DNA of 64,000 nucleotides from Mobula hypostoma (Eukaryota): the NCBI RefSeq assembly GCF_963921235.1, contig NC_086108.1:63924001-63988000 (forward strand). Direction: 5' to 3'. Position 1 is the first letter of the stretch. Every line of letters starts with the position of its first letter. The notes under the pieces are model-generated. The model was not told the origin of the DNA, did no database searches, and saw nothing but the letters and a program-made list of their open reading frames with translations. Of the stretch, positions 1 to 12,539 are shown piece by piece. Made by a program: the position numbers and the translations under genes.

Positions 1-856
1 AAGTTTGATGGACACAGGCAGAACTGACTTCCTATGGCACTCTGTGTTGCACCTCAGTGGAACGAGTCTCTGGCTGAATGTACTCCTGTGCCCAACCAGT
101 ACATTATGTAGTGGATGGGAGACATTGTCCAAGATGGAATGCAACTTAGACAGCATCCTCTTTTCAGACACCACCGTCAGAGAGTCCAGTTCCATCCCCA
201 CAACATCACTGGCCTTACGAATAAGTTTGTTGATTCTGTTGGTGTCTGCTACCCTCAGCCTGCTGCCCCAGCACACAACAGCATACATGATCGCACTGGC
301 CACCACAGACTCGTAGAACATCCTCAGCATCATCTGACAGATGTTAAAGGGCCTCAGTCTCCTCAGGAAATAGAGACGGCTCTGACCCTTCTTGTAGACA
401 GCCTCAGTGTTCTTTGACCAGTCCAGTTTATTGTCAATTCGTATCCCCAGGTATTTGTAATCTTCCACCATGTCCACACTGACCCCTGGATGGAAACAGG
501 GGTCACCGGTACCTTAGCTCTCCTCAGGTCTATCACCAGCTCCTTAGTCTTTCTCACATTAAGCTGCAGATAATTCTGCTCACACCATGTGACAAAGTTT
601 CCTACGTAGCCCTGTACTCAGCCTCATCTCCCTTGCTGATGCATCCAACTATGGCAGAGTCATCAGAAAACTGCTGAAGATGACAAGACTCTGTACAGTA
701 GTTGAAGTCCGAGGTGTAAATGGTGAAGAGAAAGGGAGACAAGACAGTCCCCTGTGGAGCCCCAGTGCTGCTGATTACTCTGTCGGACACACAGTGTTGC
801 AAGCACACGTACTGTGGTCTGCCAGTCAGGTAATCAAGAATCCATGACACCAGGAA
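1..856 (-). mobile_element. Rex1/Babar-clade LINE, RT fragment (pseudogenised)
   Basis: WILDYLTGRPQYV..STGAPQGTVLSPFLFTIYTSD..FSDDSAIVG and KTKELVIDLRR, with stops and frameshifts. Confidence 0.88.
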
Positions 857-967
857 AGACCAAGGACACCATGAGAAACCAAAGGACTTGATTCTGCGAA
901 TATTTAGCCTCAAAGTGCTGCAACTTTGGAAATTTCTTCCATCACTTGTCCCAGCCACATAGCACTT

Positions 968-2015
968 CCAAAGTTTAAAGTAAATTTATTATCAAAGTAC
1001 ATATATGCCACCATATACAACCCTGAGATTCATTTTCCTGTGGGCATTCACAGGAAATACAAGAAACACAACAGAATCAATGAAAGATCACCCCAGCAGG
1101 ATGAAAAAACAATTAATGTGCAAAAGACAATAAATTGTGATAACACAAAATCAGAAGAAAAAACAAAATACTACTAATAATGAATAAATAAACAATAAGT
1201 ATCAAGACTAGTTCCATGATGGGTCAAGTGAAGTTGAGTGAAGTTCTCCAGAGTGGTTCAAGTGCCTGATGGTTGTGGGTTAATGACAGTTCCTGAACCT
1301 GCTGGTGCGGGTGCTGAGGCTCCTGTACCTTCTTTCTGATAGCAGCAGTGAGAAGACAGCATGATCTAGTTGGTGGGGGTCCTTAATAATGAATGCTGCT
1401 TTCCTGCAACTTGGCTTCATGTAGGTATGTTCGATGGTGGAGGGCTTTACCCATCATAGGCTGGGCTGTATCCATTACATTTTTGGAGGATTTTCCGTTC
1501 AAGGGCATTGGAGTTTCCATACCAGGCTCCAACCAATAAATACACTCTATACCACATATGTATAGGAGTTTGGCAAAGTTTTAGATGACATGTCAAATCT
1601 TTGCAAACTTCTAAGGAAGTGGAGGTGCTGCCATGCCTTCTTTGTAATGGTATGTAGCTGCTAGACACAGGACAGGTACACTGAAATGATAGTAGCAAGG
1701 AATTTAAACTCGCTAATCCTCTCCACCTCTGATCCCCCAGTGCAGATTGGCTCAGGGACCTCTAACTTCCTCCTCCTGAATTCAAAAGTCAGCTCCTTGG
1801 TCTTGCATTGGAGCTTTGCTTAGACTCCTAGTCATAAGTATACTGTAAATAGAGCAGGGGGCTAAGCACACACCTTGTGGTGCACCTGTGCTGATGGAGA
1901 TTGTGGAGGAGATGTTGCTAATTCAAATTGACTGGGATCTGCAAGTGAGGAAATTGAGGATCTAGGTGCACAAGGAGCTACTGAGTACTAGGTCTTGAAG
2001 CTTATTGATTAGTTT
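968..2015 (-). mobile_element. Rex1/Babar-like LINE 3' fragment
   Basis: 3' tail caaagtttaaagtaaatttattatcaaagtacatatat.. shared with the copies at 12540, 18458 and 30340; degenerate WYGNSNA and GAPQG motifs. Confidence 0.8.
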
Positions 2016-2242
2016 TATGATCAGCCTTTAATCAGCACTACTCAGCATGAACTGATACTGGGCCTAAGAAAACCTGTAAATTCACTTCAAATGGTGTGCT
2101 TCTCGAAATCATAACACCAATGAAACAATATGAATTTCGTGTGTTGGTAAAAGGAATTATGCCTCCAGAACAATAACTGGTTGAGGCTGAAGGGAGAATG
2201 CTTTCAATGCAATATTTAACTGAAGAATCTGAAGACCTTAAT

Positions 2243-3185
2243 ACCATAAGATATAGGAGCAGAATTAACCCTTTTGGGCTATCAAGTCTCTGTCGCCATT
2301 CAATGATGGCTGATTTATTATCACTCTCAACTCCATTTGAGGCCCTTACTAGTCATGAACCTATCAACCTCCGCTTTAAATATACCCAATGATTTGGCCT
2401 CCACAGTGGTCTGGAGGAAATTAATTCCACAGGTTCACCACCTTCTGACTAAAGACATTTCTGCTCATCTGTTCTAAAGGAACGTTTTTTATTCTGAGTC
2501 TGTGCCCTCTGTTTCTAGACTCATCCACTATAGGAAACTTACTCTTGACATCCACTCTGTTTAGGCCTTTCAATATTTGATAGGGTTCAATGATATCCCC
2601 CCTCTTTCTTCTAAACTCCAGTGAGCACAGGCCCAGAGTCACCAAACATTGCTCATATTCAGATTCTTTCATTTCCAGAATCATTCTTATGAACCCTGTC
2701 TGGACCCTCTCCAATGCCAGCACATCCTTTCTTAGATAAGGGGCCCAAAATTTATCTCAATTCTCTCAATAGTCTAAGTGCATTCTGACCAAGGTCTTAT
2801 AATGCTTAAGTAGTACATCCTTGTTTTTATATTCTAGTCCTCTCAAAATTAATTGTATTTGTCTTCCTTACTAGTGACTCAGCCTGGAAGTTAACCTCCA
2901 GTGAATCCTATGTCTCTTGCACCTCTTAATTCCAAATTTTCCCCTTATGTCCAAGTACCCTAAAGCCACATCCTTAATAATAGACTTTATCATCCCAGTT
3001 ACTGATGTCAGGCTAACTGGCTTATAATTTCCTTTCTCTGCCTTCCTGCTCTCTTAAACAGTGGAGCAAAACTTGCAATCTACCAGTCCTCCAGAATTTA
3101 GTAATTCTTAAAAGACTATTACTATTGCTTCCATAATCTCTTCAGCTACCTTTCTGAGAACCTGAGGTCCAGTCCATCTAGTCTA
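2243..3185 (-). mobile_element. CR1-clade LINE 3' fragment
   Basis: ALERVQ..LGLCSLEFRRKRGDIIE..FSQKVVNLWN C-terminal motifs; 3' end accataagatatagg. Confidence 0.85.
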
Positions 3186-3189
3186 TAAA

Positions 3190-5315
3190 CAGTGTGATCG
3201 TGGGACCATTGCAGCAGGAGAAGCAGCGAGGAGCGAGGGGCTCGGGAGAGCGCTGAGTGCTGGGAAGCAGCTGAGGAGATGAGGTGAGTGTGCTTTAAAA
3301 GGAGAGTGGAGGGCAACTGAAGAGCTAAACAGAGCGTTGATTAGAGGGAGTGAGTACTTAAGATAATTGGCAGGGACAAATAAAAGGAGGGGGGGACTGG
3401 ACTGATTTGGACATGTTGCTGGTTTTTGTTGAGGTAAAAGAAGATGTATGACATGGGGAGAGGATCATGATATTAAAGCATATAAGGCAGTGGTGCCTAA
3501 GTGCAGTAACTGTGGAGGGGACCATATAGCAGTGTTCAGAGGATGTGAGTATTTTAGTAAGGCAAAGCAGATTTAGGATGTTAGTATACAACAAAAAATA
3601 TCATATGTTGAAGCAGTAAAGAAAGTTGATAGAGAGCAAAGGATAAGTAAAGAAAAGATTGGAATGATGGGGAGTCAGTTCATTCTGAGTTCTGCAACTA
3701 TGGCTCCTTCAGGCATGTTGTTGATGACTAAAGAGTCTTTTTTGGCGTTTGTTGTTGACGTACTGGTTGGGGCTATAACTACAGCCAAGAGGTCGGATAT
3801 GATAAAAGTAGTTGTTGGAGCTGCAGAGAGATTCCTTGATATAAAACAGATTTCACTGGAAAAATTACATGAGTATATGACAGACAAACAATCACTGAAT
3901 ACTTCCCAGTTATTGGGATCAGAGAGTACAGAGGAGCTTTATGTGGATAAAGAGGCCAATAATTAGTATTTGGATGTATTTAATATTACAATGGAATGCA
4001 AGAAGTTTATCTGCAAATGGTCAAGAATTAAAAAGATTTGTTGGAACTTTTAGAGACAAGCCTGATTTGATCTGTATACAGGAGACATGGTTAAAGCCTC
4101 ATTTAGATTTTGTGATCCCTGGATATGATAGTTTGAGAGCTGACAGAACAGGTAAATCTGGTGGAGAGTGTGCAACTTTCATTAAAACAGGAGAAGACTT
4201 GATTTTAAATCTAACCTTGAAATTGTGGCTGTGGAGGTTTGGAGCTCTCCTGGTCAAATAACTTTGATTAACTTTTATAATCCAGGTAATATGATGTTAT
4301 CAGATTTGGATGAAATTATGAATAAGGTAAGATCCCCAGTTATCTGGGTTAGAGATTTCAATGCCCATAATCCTATATGGGGTAGTGAAAGTAAAGATAA
4401 TAATGGAGTGGTAATAGAGGAGTTTCTAGATAAATACAACATGGTACTGCTAAATGACGGAAGGCCTACAAGATTTAATATTGTAAAGAATACTTGTAGT
4501 CACTTAGACTTGTCTATCATTTCCTCAAACTTAGCTAGGGTTGGGGAATGGGATGTTATGGACAGATACACACTAGGAAGTGATCACTATCTTATATTAT
4601 GTAGATTTGGTAGAAATTTGATAGTAGAAGTTGAGGAGAGGTCTGCTAGGTATAATTTTTCTTTGGCCCATTGGGATGAGTACCAGGAGAAAGCTGTGGA
4701 TAGAATAGAAGAGATTAAAAGCAGGGGCTCCATAGACGATTGGAATGAATCCCTCTGTTCCATAATTCATAAAATTGCTCAGTTGACTATTCCGCTACGG
4801 AATGTACTTAAGGCTCGAGTATTAGTTCCGTGGTGGAATAAAAAGTGTGATATAGCAGTAAGAAACAGAAATAGAGCTTACAGGAAATTAAGAAAGTACC
4901 CAGTGTTAGATAATTTTATGGAGTATAGAAAGGAAAGAACAGTAGCAAGGAGAGTAATTAAAAATGCAAAGAGGGATATTTGGAGAAGATTTTGTGGAAC
5001 CCTGGGCCCTGAGACACCTATAAAGCAGCTACAGATTATTATTCACAGAATGTCAGGGATATATAGGAAACCATCTACCCCAGTTTTGCTGGAAAGAGAT
5101 ATTGAAGCTGCAACCAATAAGGAATAGGCTGATATGTTTGCAGAGGTGTTCCAAGCGTTACACAGCTCTGGAGAGTTAGGTGATTTGAGAAAGGAAATTA
5201 TGTTAAAGGAAAATTGGAAATTGGACAGGAGTTTGGATGATAATAGCTCCATAAATTTGTTCTTCTCCCTTCAGGAATTGCAGGAAGCTGTCCAATCAGG
5301 TTCAAACACTTCTGG
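3190..5315 (+). mobile_element. I-group (Nimb-like) LINE, 5' part: UTR, deleted ORF1 with zinc knuckles, ORF2 APE endonuclease
   Basis: ORF1 remnant FGHVAGFC..GEDH..KCSNCGGDHIAVFRGC ends at TAG 3966. ORF2 from ATG 3974 reads MYLILQWNARSL..ICIQETWLK..DFNAHNPIWGS..LNDGRPTR..LDLS..GSDH..PWWN. It is frameshifted and truncated before the RT. Confidence 0.8.
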
Positions 5316-6186
5316 TAGGTTTTCAAAGCTTGCAGAGAGATTTAGGCCAGTTAGAAGAGTGGGCTGAAAGATGGCAGATGGAGTTTAATGCTGATAAATG
5401 TGAGGTGCTGCATTTTGGTAGGACTAATCAAAATAGGACATACATAGTAAATGGTAGGGCATTGAAGAATGCAGTACAACAGAGGGATCTAAGAATAATG
5501 GTGCATAGTTCCCTGAAGGTAGAATCTCATGTGGATAGGGTGGTGAAGAAAGCTTTTGGTATGCTGGCCTTTATAAATCAGAGCATTGAGCTTAGGAGTA
5601 GGGATGTAATGTTAAAATTGTAGGCATTGGTGAGGTCAAATTTGGAGTATTGTGTACAGTTTTGGTCTCTGAATTATAGGAAAGATGTCAACAAAATAGA
5701 GAGAGTACAGAGAAGATTTACTAGAATGTTACCTGGGTTTCATCATCTAAGTTACAGAGAAAGGTTGAACAAGTTGGGTCTTTATTCTTTGGAAAGTAGA
5801 AGGTTGAGGGGGGACTTGATAGAGGTATTTAAAATTATGAGGTGGATAGATAGAGTTAACGTGGATAGGCTTTTTCCATTGAGAGTGGGGGAGATTCAAA
5901 CAGGAGGACATGAGTTAAGAGTTAAAGGGCAAAAGTTTAGGGGTAACATGAGGGTGAACTTCTTTACTCAGAGTGGTAGCTGTGTGGAACGAGCTTCCAG
6001 CAGAAGTGGTTGAGGCAGGTTCGAGGTTGTTGTTTAAAGTTAAATTGGATAGATATATGGACAGGAAAGGAACGGAGGGTTATGGGCTGAGTGCAGGTCG
6101 GTGCAACTAGATGAGAGTAAGAGTTTGGCCCAGACTAGAATGGCCAAGCTGGCCTGTTTCTGTGCTGTAATTGTTATGTGGTTATA
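5316..6186 (+). mobile_element. CR1-clade LINE 3' fragment
   Basis: LQRDL..WAERWQMEFNADKCEVLHFG, LEYCVQFWS, ERVQRRFTRM, LRGDLIEVFK; ends in a (gttat)-type tail. Confidence 0.9.
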
Positions 6187-6595
6187 GGTTAGGACTTTAT
6201 GCCTTGGAGCATAGAAGAATGAGGGGAGATTTGATAGAGGTTTACAAAATTGAGGGGTATAAACAGAGTAAATGTGAGTAGGCTCTTTCCACTTAGATTA
6301 GGAGAGACAAGTATGAGAGGACATGGCTTTCGGGTGAAAGGGGAAAGATTTAGGGGGAACATTAGGGGGAACTTCTTCACTCAGAGTGGTGGGAGTGTGG
6401 AATGAGCTGCCATCTGACGGGGTAAATGCAGGCTTACTCTCAAGTTTTAAGAATAAATTGGATAGGTACATGGATGGGAGAGGTCTGGAGGGTTATGGAC
6501 TGGGCGCAGGTCAATGGGACTAGCGGAATAAAGTTTCAGCACAGACTAGAAGGGCCAAATGGCTTGTTTTCTGTGCTGTAGTGTTCTATGATTCC
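6187..6595 (+). mobile_element. Second CR1 3' fragment, tandem to the previous one
   Basis: Repeats the RRMRGDLIEVYK..FFTQ..WNELP segment and a 3' UTR ending gtagtgttctatgattc. Confidence 0.85.
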
Positions 6596-8419
6596 AGGTC
6601 ACTTCTCTACCTTCAGAACTTTCTGCTCTCCAAGCACTTTCTCTTTGGTAATCTCAAGGAGCTTCTCAAGCATCTTCTGCATTCTTTCTAATGGCAACAT
6701 GATAAAGCTGAACGTCAGATAAACAGTTCATAAAAGTGATCATGACATTCCTGCTGCCAAACTGATAACATGAGGAGAGACAGAAGGCAAGTCTCAAGAA
6801 AGCAGGAACAACAGGTGTCTAAGAAAGTAATAGGAAGTGAAGGAACATCTTCACTAAATCAGTGTTCAGGGTCTTCTGTTCTTGTGACATTTTTAGCTAC
6901 TTCAATGGTGAATTAAATTGCAAACTTGTATTTCAGCATAAATGTGACTTTTTTTTCCAATTCAATTAATTCAAAATGCACTAAGTCAGTACATTAGTAA
7001 AATACCTCTTCCAGTTCTTACAAAATATCTTAGATGTGAAATGTTTATACTTTTTCTGTTTCCATGGAAGCTGCCTGACTTGCAGAGTGTTTCCACAGTG
7101 TTTTGTTTTTATTATACTTGTATTGGACTTCAAAGCATCACAATGATACACAATACAGTGAAGTATAAGGAGTTAATTTAAGTTTTGCATTGTCCACATT
7201 TTAGCATTGTGCAATAAGAATCCAACATGGGATCCAAAGGAAGTGAGCAAGGTGCAGTTCTGGTGAAAGTATTTGGATAAATAGATCTAATAATATCCAG
7301 CCATACACAGACAGGGCATCAGAATTTCAGTCATGGATTGTTTCTTATCCTGCCAAGAGCACTGGTCTTGAACTCTAGGAAGCACTTTATTTCCTTCTAA
7401 CTTCAGTAGGGAATCTTTATTTCACAAAGCCTAATATACCAACTGGATTATCAAAAGAGACGTGGATAGATACCATTGCCTAGGGCTATCAAGAAGAATG
7501 ATAGCTCTTGCTGGTTCTGGCCTCTTCGATCTTACAAGAAATACAAGGAATAGTTAAGATTGCATCTGTTATAAATTTACCAGTGACTAGTTTTGTTCAT
7601 CTAATCATTTACCATGTAATAAACAAGTTCTTTGTGTTGAAGTCTAAACTGCTGTGCTGCCTTCTGAAATTAACAAAACTCATGAGAAAGTATAATTCAA
7701 TATGGCACTGATCTAGGTCATTGACACAGGAAATATTTAAAGACACAAAAATAGCAAGTTTATTAAAAGTGAGTTTAGAAATAGCAAAACAATTCTTTCA
7801 GCTATATTGCTGAATCACATAAAGCACTTCTGTAACACTCTGCATTCACTTCAACAGCATCCAAAGCACAGAACAAGCTCTATATTCTTAAATGACTTTC
7901 TGAGGACTACTAGCCTATACTGAGACCACAGGACTGGTCATCTTTTGACCAGTGAAAACCTTTTCCTGTGACCTTCTCTTATATCCTATGCCTACAAACT
8001 GTAACTGAACAAAGACATTGTTTAGGCAACCCACAAAATGCAGATTTCCTTGTGTTTGTGTTTTTAAAGATATTGTTTACTTTGGTTCCACCTTTTAAGA
8101 CTAAGGTATATGTTTCATCATATTTTCTGGATCAGAAATCCCTCAACTGAAAAATTATAAAAAGGATGTTTCCTCCTATGTATCAACATAAAATTAAAAT
8201 ACTCCATTTATTTTAAACTTGGTAACATAAAGGATATTGATGCTTTGCACTAAATTCACTGCACATAATAAAACTTATTTTGTTGTTTAGAATTGCCATT
8301 TTTGTGGATTTTCTAATATTTATTTCCAACAGACACTTATAATATTTATTAATAAATTTTGCTTTTTTACCTTCTATAATATAAGCAAAGGGTGGGGGGG
8401 GGGGGGTTGGACAAACATC

Positions 8420-9640
8420 TACCAAAAAGAGGTGTAAGGCACTCTAACCACTAGCCTGTAGGTCACCTTTGGGCAAGGTGTAGCACCTGCTTAACGCCCT
8501 GATTAGGTCACATGAAGCCATGGGAACAGGTGATGGATAGTCGGAAGAGCAGCTGGTGCATATCAGGTAGGATGTAGAAGGACGTAGACAGATTAGGAGA
8601 ATAAGCAAGAAGGTGGCAAATAAAATAGTGTTGGAAAATATATGGTCATACACTTCTGTAGTAGAAATAAATGTGCGGACTATTTTCTAAACGGGGGAAA
8701 AAAATCCAAAAATCTGAGATGCATAGGGACTTGGGAGCCCTTGTGCAGAACACCTTAAAAGTTAACTTGCAAGTCGAGTCGGTGGTGAGAAAGGTAAATG
8801 TCATGTTAGCATTTATTTCAAGAGATCTAGAATACAAGAGCAAGGATGTGATGCTCAGGCTATAAGGCACTAGTGAGATCTTACCTTGAGTATTGTGAAC
8901 AGTTTTGGGCCCCTCATCTTAGAAAATATGTGCTGGCACTGGAGAGGGTCCAGAGGATAAATCCAGGAATGAAAGGGTTATCATACGAGGAACGTTTGAT
9001 GGCTCTGGGTCTGTAACTCGCGGGAATTCAGAAGAATGGGGGGGGGCGGATTTCATTGAAACCTTTTGAATGTTGAAAGGCCTAGACAGAGTAGATGTGG
9101 AAAGGATGTTTCCCATGGTGGGAGAGTCTAGGACAAGAGGGCACAGCCTCAGGATAGAGGGGCTCCCTTTTGAAATAGAGATGCAGAGAAATTTCTTTAG
9201 CCAAAGGGTGCTGAATTTGTGGAATGTGTTGCCACGTGCAGCTGTAGAGGCCAGGCTGTTAAATGTATTTAAGGCAGAGATTGATAGGTTTTTGATTGGA
9301 TATGGCATCAAAGGTTACAAGGAGAAGGCTGGGAACTAGGGTTGAAGAGGAGGTGGAAAAAAAAAGGATCAGCCATGTTTGAATGGTGGAGCAGACCTGA
9401 TGGGCCAGATGGCCTAATTCTGCTCTTATGTCTTATGGTCTTATGATCACAAGTCCTGGTTATGTGACCACTGATGCCAGGCAGACAATCTCTAAAGAGT
9501 ATTGATAATCAATCATCTTGTAAAGACGCGGCCCAGAAGAAGGGAATAGCAAACCACTTCTGCAGAACGATTCGCTAAGAATAATCCTGGTTATGGAAAG
9601 ACCATGACTGCCTACATCATACGACATGGCAAAGAAACAT
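8420..9640 (+). mobile_element. SINE-like element with RTE-type 3' tail, split by a CR1 insertion (host halves ~8420-8565 and 9446-9640)
   Basis: The right half carries agaagaagggaatagcaaaccactt, which resembles the Bov-B/Sauria-SINE tail motif. The halves rejoin as gtgcatATCAcaagtcc. Confidence 0.6.
8566..9445 (+). mobile_element. CR1-clade LINE 3' fragment
   Basis: RDLGALVQ..YKSKDVMLRL, GLDRVDVERMFPMVGESRTRGH..FFSQRVLNLWN; tail cttatgtcttatggtcttatg. Confidence 0.88.
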
Positions 9641-9691
9641 ACAAACGAATATAAGAACGAGTTGCCTCATTAAATCGGCAATCATTCTTAC

Positions 9692-9834
9692 CTGTGTCTC
9701 AGAAAGATTGGGAGGTTCATGGCTGTCAGATAGAATGAACTCAAGTGAATCCTCAAAGATCTCACTTCCAAAATGCTGATAATAAATCAGGCCACGGAAC
9801 AGGTCTCGCTGCAGAAAACTATTTACAGGATGAC
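9692..9834 (-). CDS. frem1: FREM1-family coding exon 9 (143 nt)
   Basis: Acceptor tttatctccaaag|[50 protein letters not shown]; donor CAG|GTAAGA. Confidence 0.95.
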
Positions 9835-9984
9835 CTTTGGAGATAAAGGAAAATGAAACAGTAAGAGGCAAATTCATTCCTCTTTGCAAGCAATAGGTAC
9901 AAAGAAAAACTTGGGAACAACATAAAAAGTATCTTTGATATGCATGTACCTTTCATTTTATACAGTTTAAGATTTTTTTCTAGT

Positions 9985-10935
9985 GAGATGGATAGATACT
10001 TTATTGATCCCAAAGGAAATTATATGTGTCACAGTAACATTACAAATGCACAGATATAAATATTAGAAGGGAAGTAGAAAGAATAAAAAATAAGTTACCA
10101 CAAACAATCTAACAGGAGAGGGACATCACTTCCCCGACTACAGGTGAACTCATTTTCGAGCCTAATGTAAGAATGACCTCTTGCAGCGCTTTTTGCAGCA
10201 GCGCAGTTGTCTTAGTCTATTACTGGAAGTGCTCCTCTGTTCAGCTAAGGTGGCTTGCAAAGGATGAAAAATATTATCCAGAATTGCCTGGATTTTCCAT
10301 AGGGTCCTTTGTTCTACTACAGCCTCCAGTGTGTCTAGTTTGACTCCTATAAAAGTATCAGCCTTTCTAATCAGTTTATTGAGCCAGTTGGCATCACCAG
10401 TGGTGATGCCATTACCCCAGCACACCACTGCATGGAAGATTGTACTGGTGACAATAGACTGGTGGAACATGTGAGGGAGAGGGCTATATACGCCAAAGGA
10501 ACTCGGTCTCCTCAGGAAGTCGAGGTGACTCTGGTGCTTATACACAGCCTCTGTGTTAGTGCTCCACTCAAGTTGTCATCCAGGTGCACCCCCAGGTACT
10601 TGCAGGTCCTCCCCATATCTACATCCTCGCCATCAATAATAACAGGGATTAATTCAGGCTTAGTTTACCTAAAATCCATCACCATCTCATTTGTCTTACT
10701 GATGTTGAGCTGCAGATGATTCAGCTTGCACCATTTGACAAGGTCCAAAAACCAGGGCCCTGTATTCATCCTCCAATCATGCATAACTATTGCTGCGTCA
10801 TCTGAGACAGTCTGCAGATGACATGACTCAGTATTGTACCTAAAGTCTGAGGTATACAGGGTAAACAGGAAGGGAGCCAATACAGTCCCCTGTGGGGCCT
10901 TAGTGCTGCTTATAGCCATGTCTGACACACAGATG
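9985..10935 (-). mobile_element. Rex1/Babar-clade LINE 3' fragment
   Basis: APQGTVLAPFLFTLYTSDF, WCKLNHLQLNISKTNEMVMDFR, AVVCWGN..LNKLIRKA. Confidence 0.87.
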
Positions 10936-11026
10936 ACATATCCAGATGGAGTTACTTACTAGAATTATTTGTGAGCAAAAATAGTACCCCTCTATTGCAA
11001 GCAAAATGTACTTATTCTTCCCAATA

Positions 11027-11805
11027 CAGTGGATTCAGGTTAATTAGCATACATCAGGACCAGTACATTTTGGCCAAATTAAGCAGTTGCCCCAATTTAG
11101 CTGAAGTTTCATGGAAATGGTTACAAGATATAATAAAGATAAATTACCATTTAACTAAGTAACAAATTATGCATTTGAATGAAATATAGAACAAATTAGA
11201 ACACTGCCAGTACTACAACCGTGTTTTTAAAACTGTGTTAGTTCCTGATAGTTAACAATGGAGGAATTCACCCAGTGTATGCTGACGTGTTCTTTTGATT
11301 GACTGTAAATGAACAAAATCTGCATAGATATTGGACTGCCTCCATACAATGTTTTCAATAATTATGTCCTCCAAATCTTCGTTTTTGTTTTAACATTCAA
11401 GATGATTGTTGATACCTTCAAATTCTTTATAGTTCCTAACTTGTGGAAGTAGTGAAATCATTTCATTTTCACGCCCAGTCATTTCTAGCATTTCCAAGCC
11501 TGAATGGTTGAAATCACAGTGAACAAAACTGTTCTTCTGCTTTTTGAATACAAATACACACAAGTGATATAATTTAAAAACTGTTCAAACCATAGTGTAG
11601 TGTTTAATGGCCATGCATTTGCACATGAGTGACATTACTTTGAAGCCGTTGGGCAACAGTCTCCTGTCCCAATTAAACAGCATTGTGTTCTAAATAAACA
11701 AAGGGAATCCTGGCCATTTTCTTGATTAGTTTCTGTTCTCTATGAGTGGTCTTCAATAAGTGGCTGCCCCAATTAACTGATGGTCCAATAAACTGGAATC
11801 CACTG
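11027..11805 (-). mobile_element. Tigger/pogo-like non-autonomous DNA transposon
   Basis: TIRs cagtggattcaggtt.. and ..aactggaatccactg, with TA on the left flank. Homologous in reverse orientation to 23836-24637. Confidence 0.8.
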
Positions 11806-12539
11806 CATTTATTTTGTTAATTTATCCTAAGGATCTGTGGAATTTCCTAAAATTACATTGCTCTTATATTTCGTTCTCACCAATTCTAATGTCATAGGAC
11901 CCATTACGCTAAAATCAAGCATATAATGGTAGATTTTGCAAGTTTCATAACTGAGAATTCATGCAAGAATATTGCAAAACATCTAAATCAAAGGTGATTC
12001 TGCAAGGACTGTTGATTTTCTGCTGTAACCTTTTGATATGCACTGTGCAAACTTGAATTTATAACATCTAAGTAAATAATAAGTGAAATTGTTGCTTAAA
12101 AAGAAAATAGACATTATCAAATAATTATATTCATAATGAAGAATGAAGAAATCAGTACCAATTAAACACCTATCTTCCTGTTATTATATTTATAATTTAA
12201 ATCATCAGTAATTAAAACTTGAATTTGAAAAGAAATTGATCATGCAGAGATTTAGTAATTTTTTTACAATATTGTTATTACCATATACCATTATCTGAAG
12301 GAAGTACTAAATATTAAATACATCCTTCATTAAACACATTATTACACAAAATGCAGAGGATTATATTTCAAAAAATCCCACTCATCTTCACTTGACAATT
12401 CCAATCAAAAATACACATTTCCAATATCAAATAGATATTTTCTGAGAAAGAAGGTATTCTAGACAATTGATAATTTTAGATAAAAGCTGCATGTGCACAT
12501 AAGTGTATTACAATGGTATGCAGCTAACAGGTGACATTA

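Noticed and set aside
2038..2247. 69-aa minus-strand ORF as the next FREM1 exon
   Set aside because: No match to the expected continuation (..PVDDQLPKE..). I found no such exon in 1-9691, so it probably lies outside the window.
4225..5127. 300-aa ORF as a host or domesticated gene
   Set aside because: It is LINE ORF2 endonuclease/linker, frameshifted on both sides, with GDFN mutated to RDFN.
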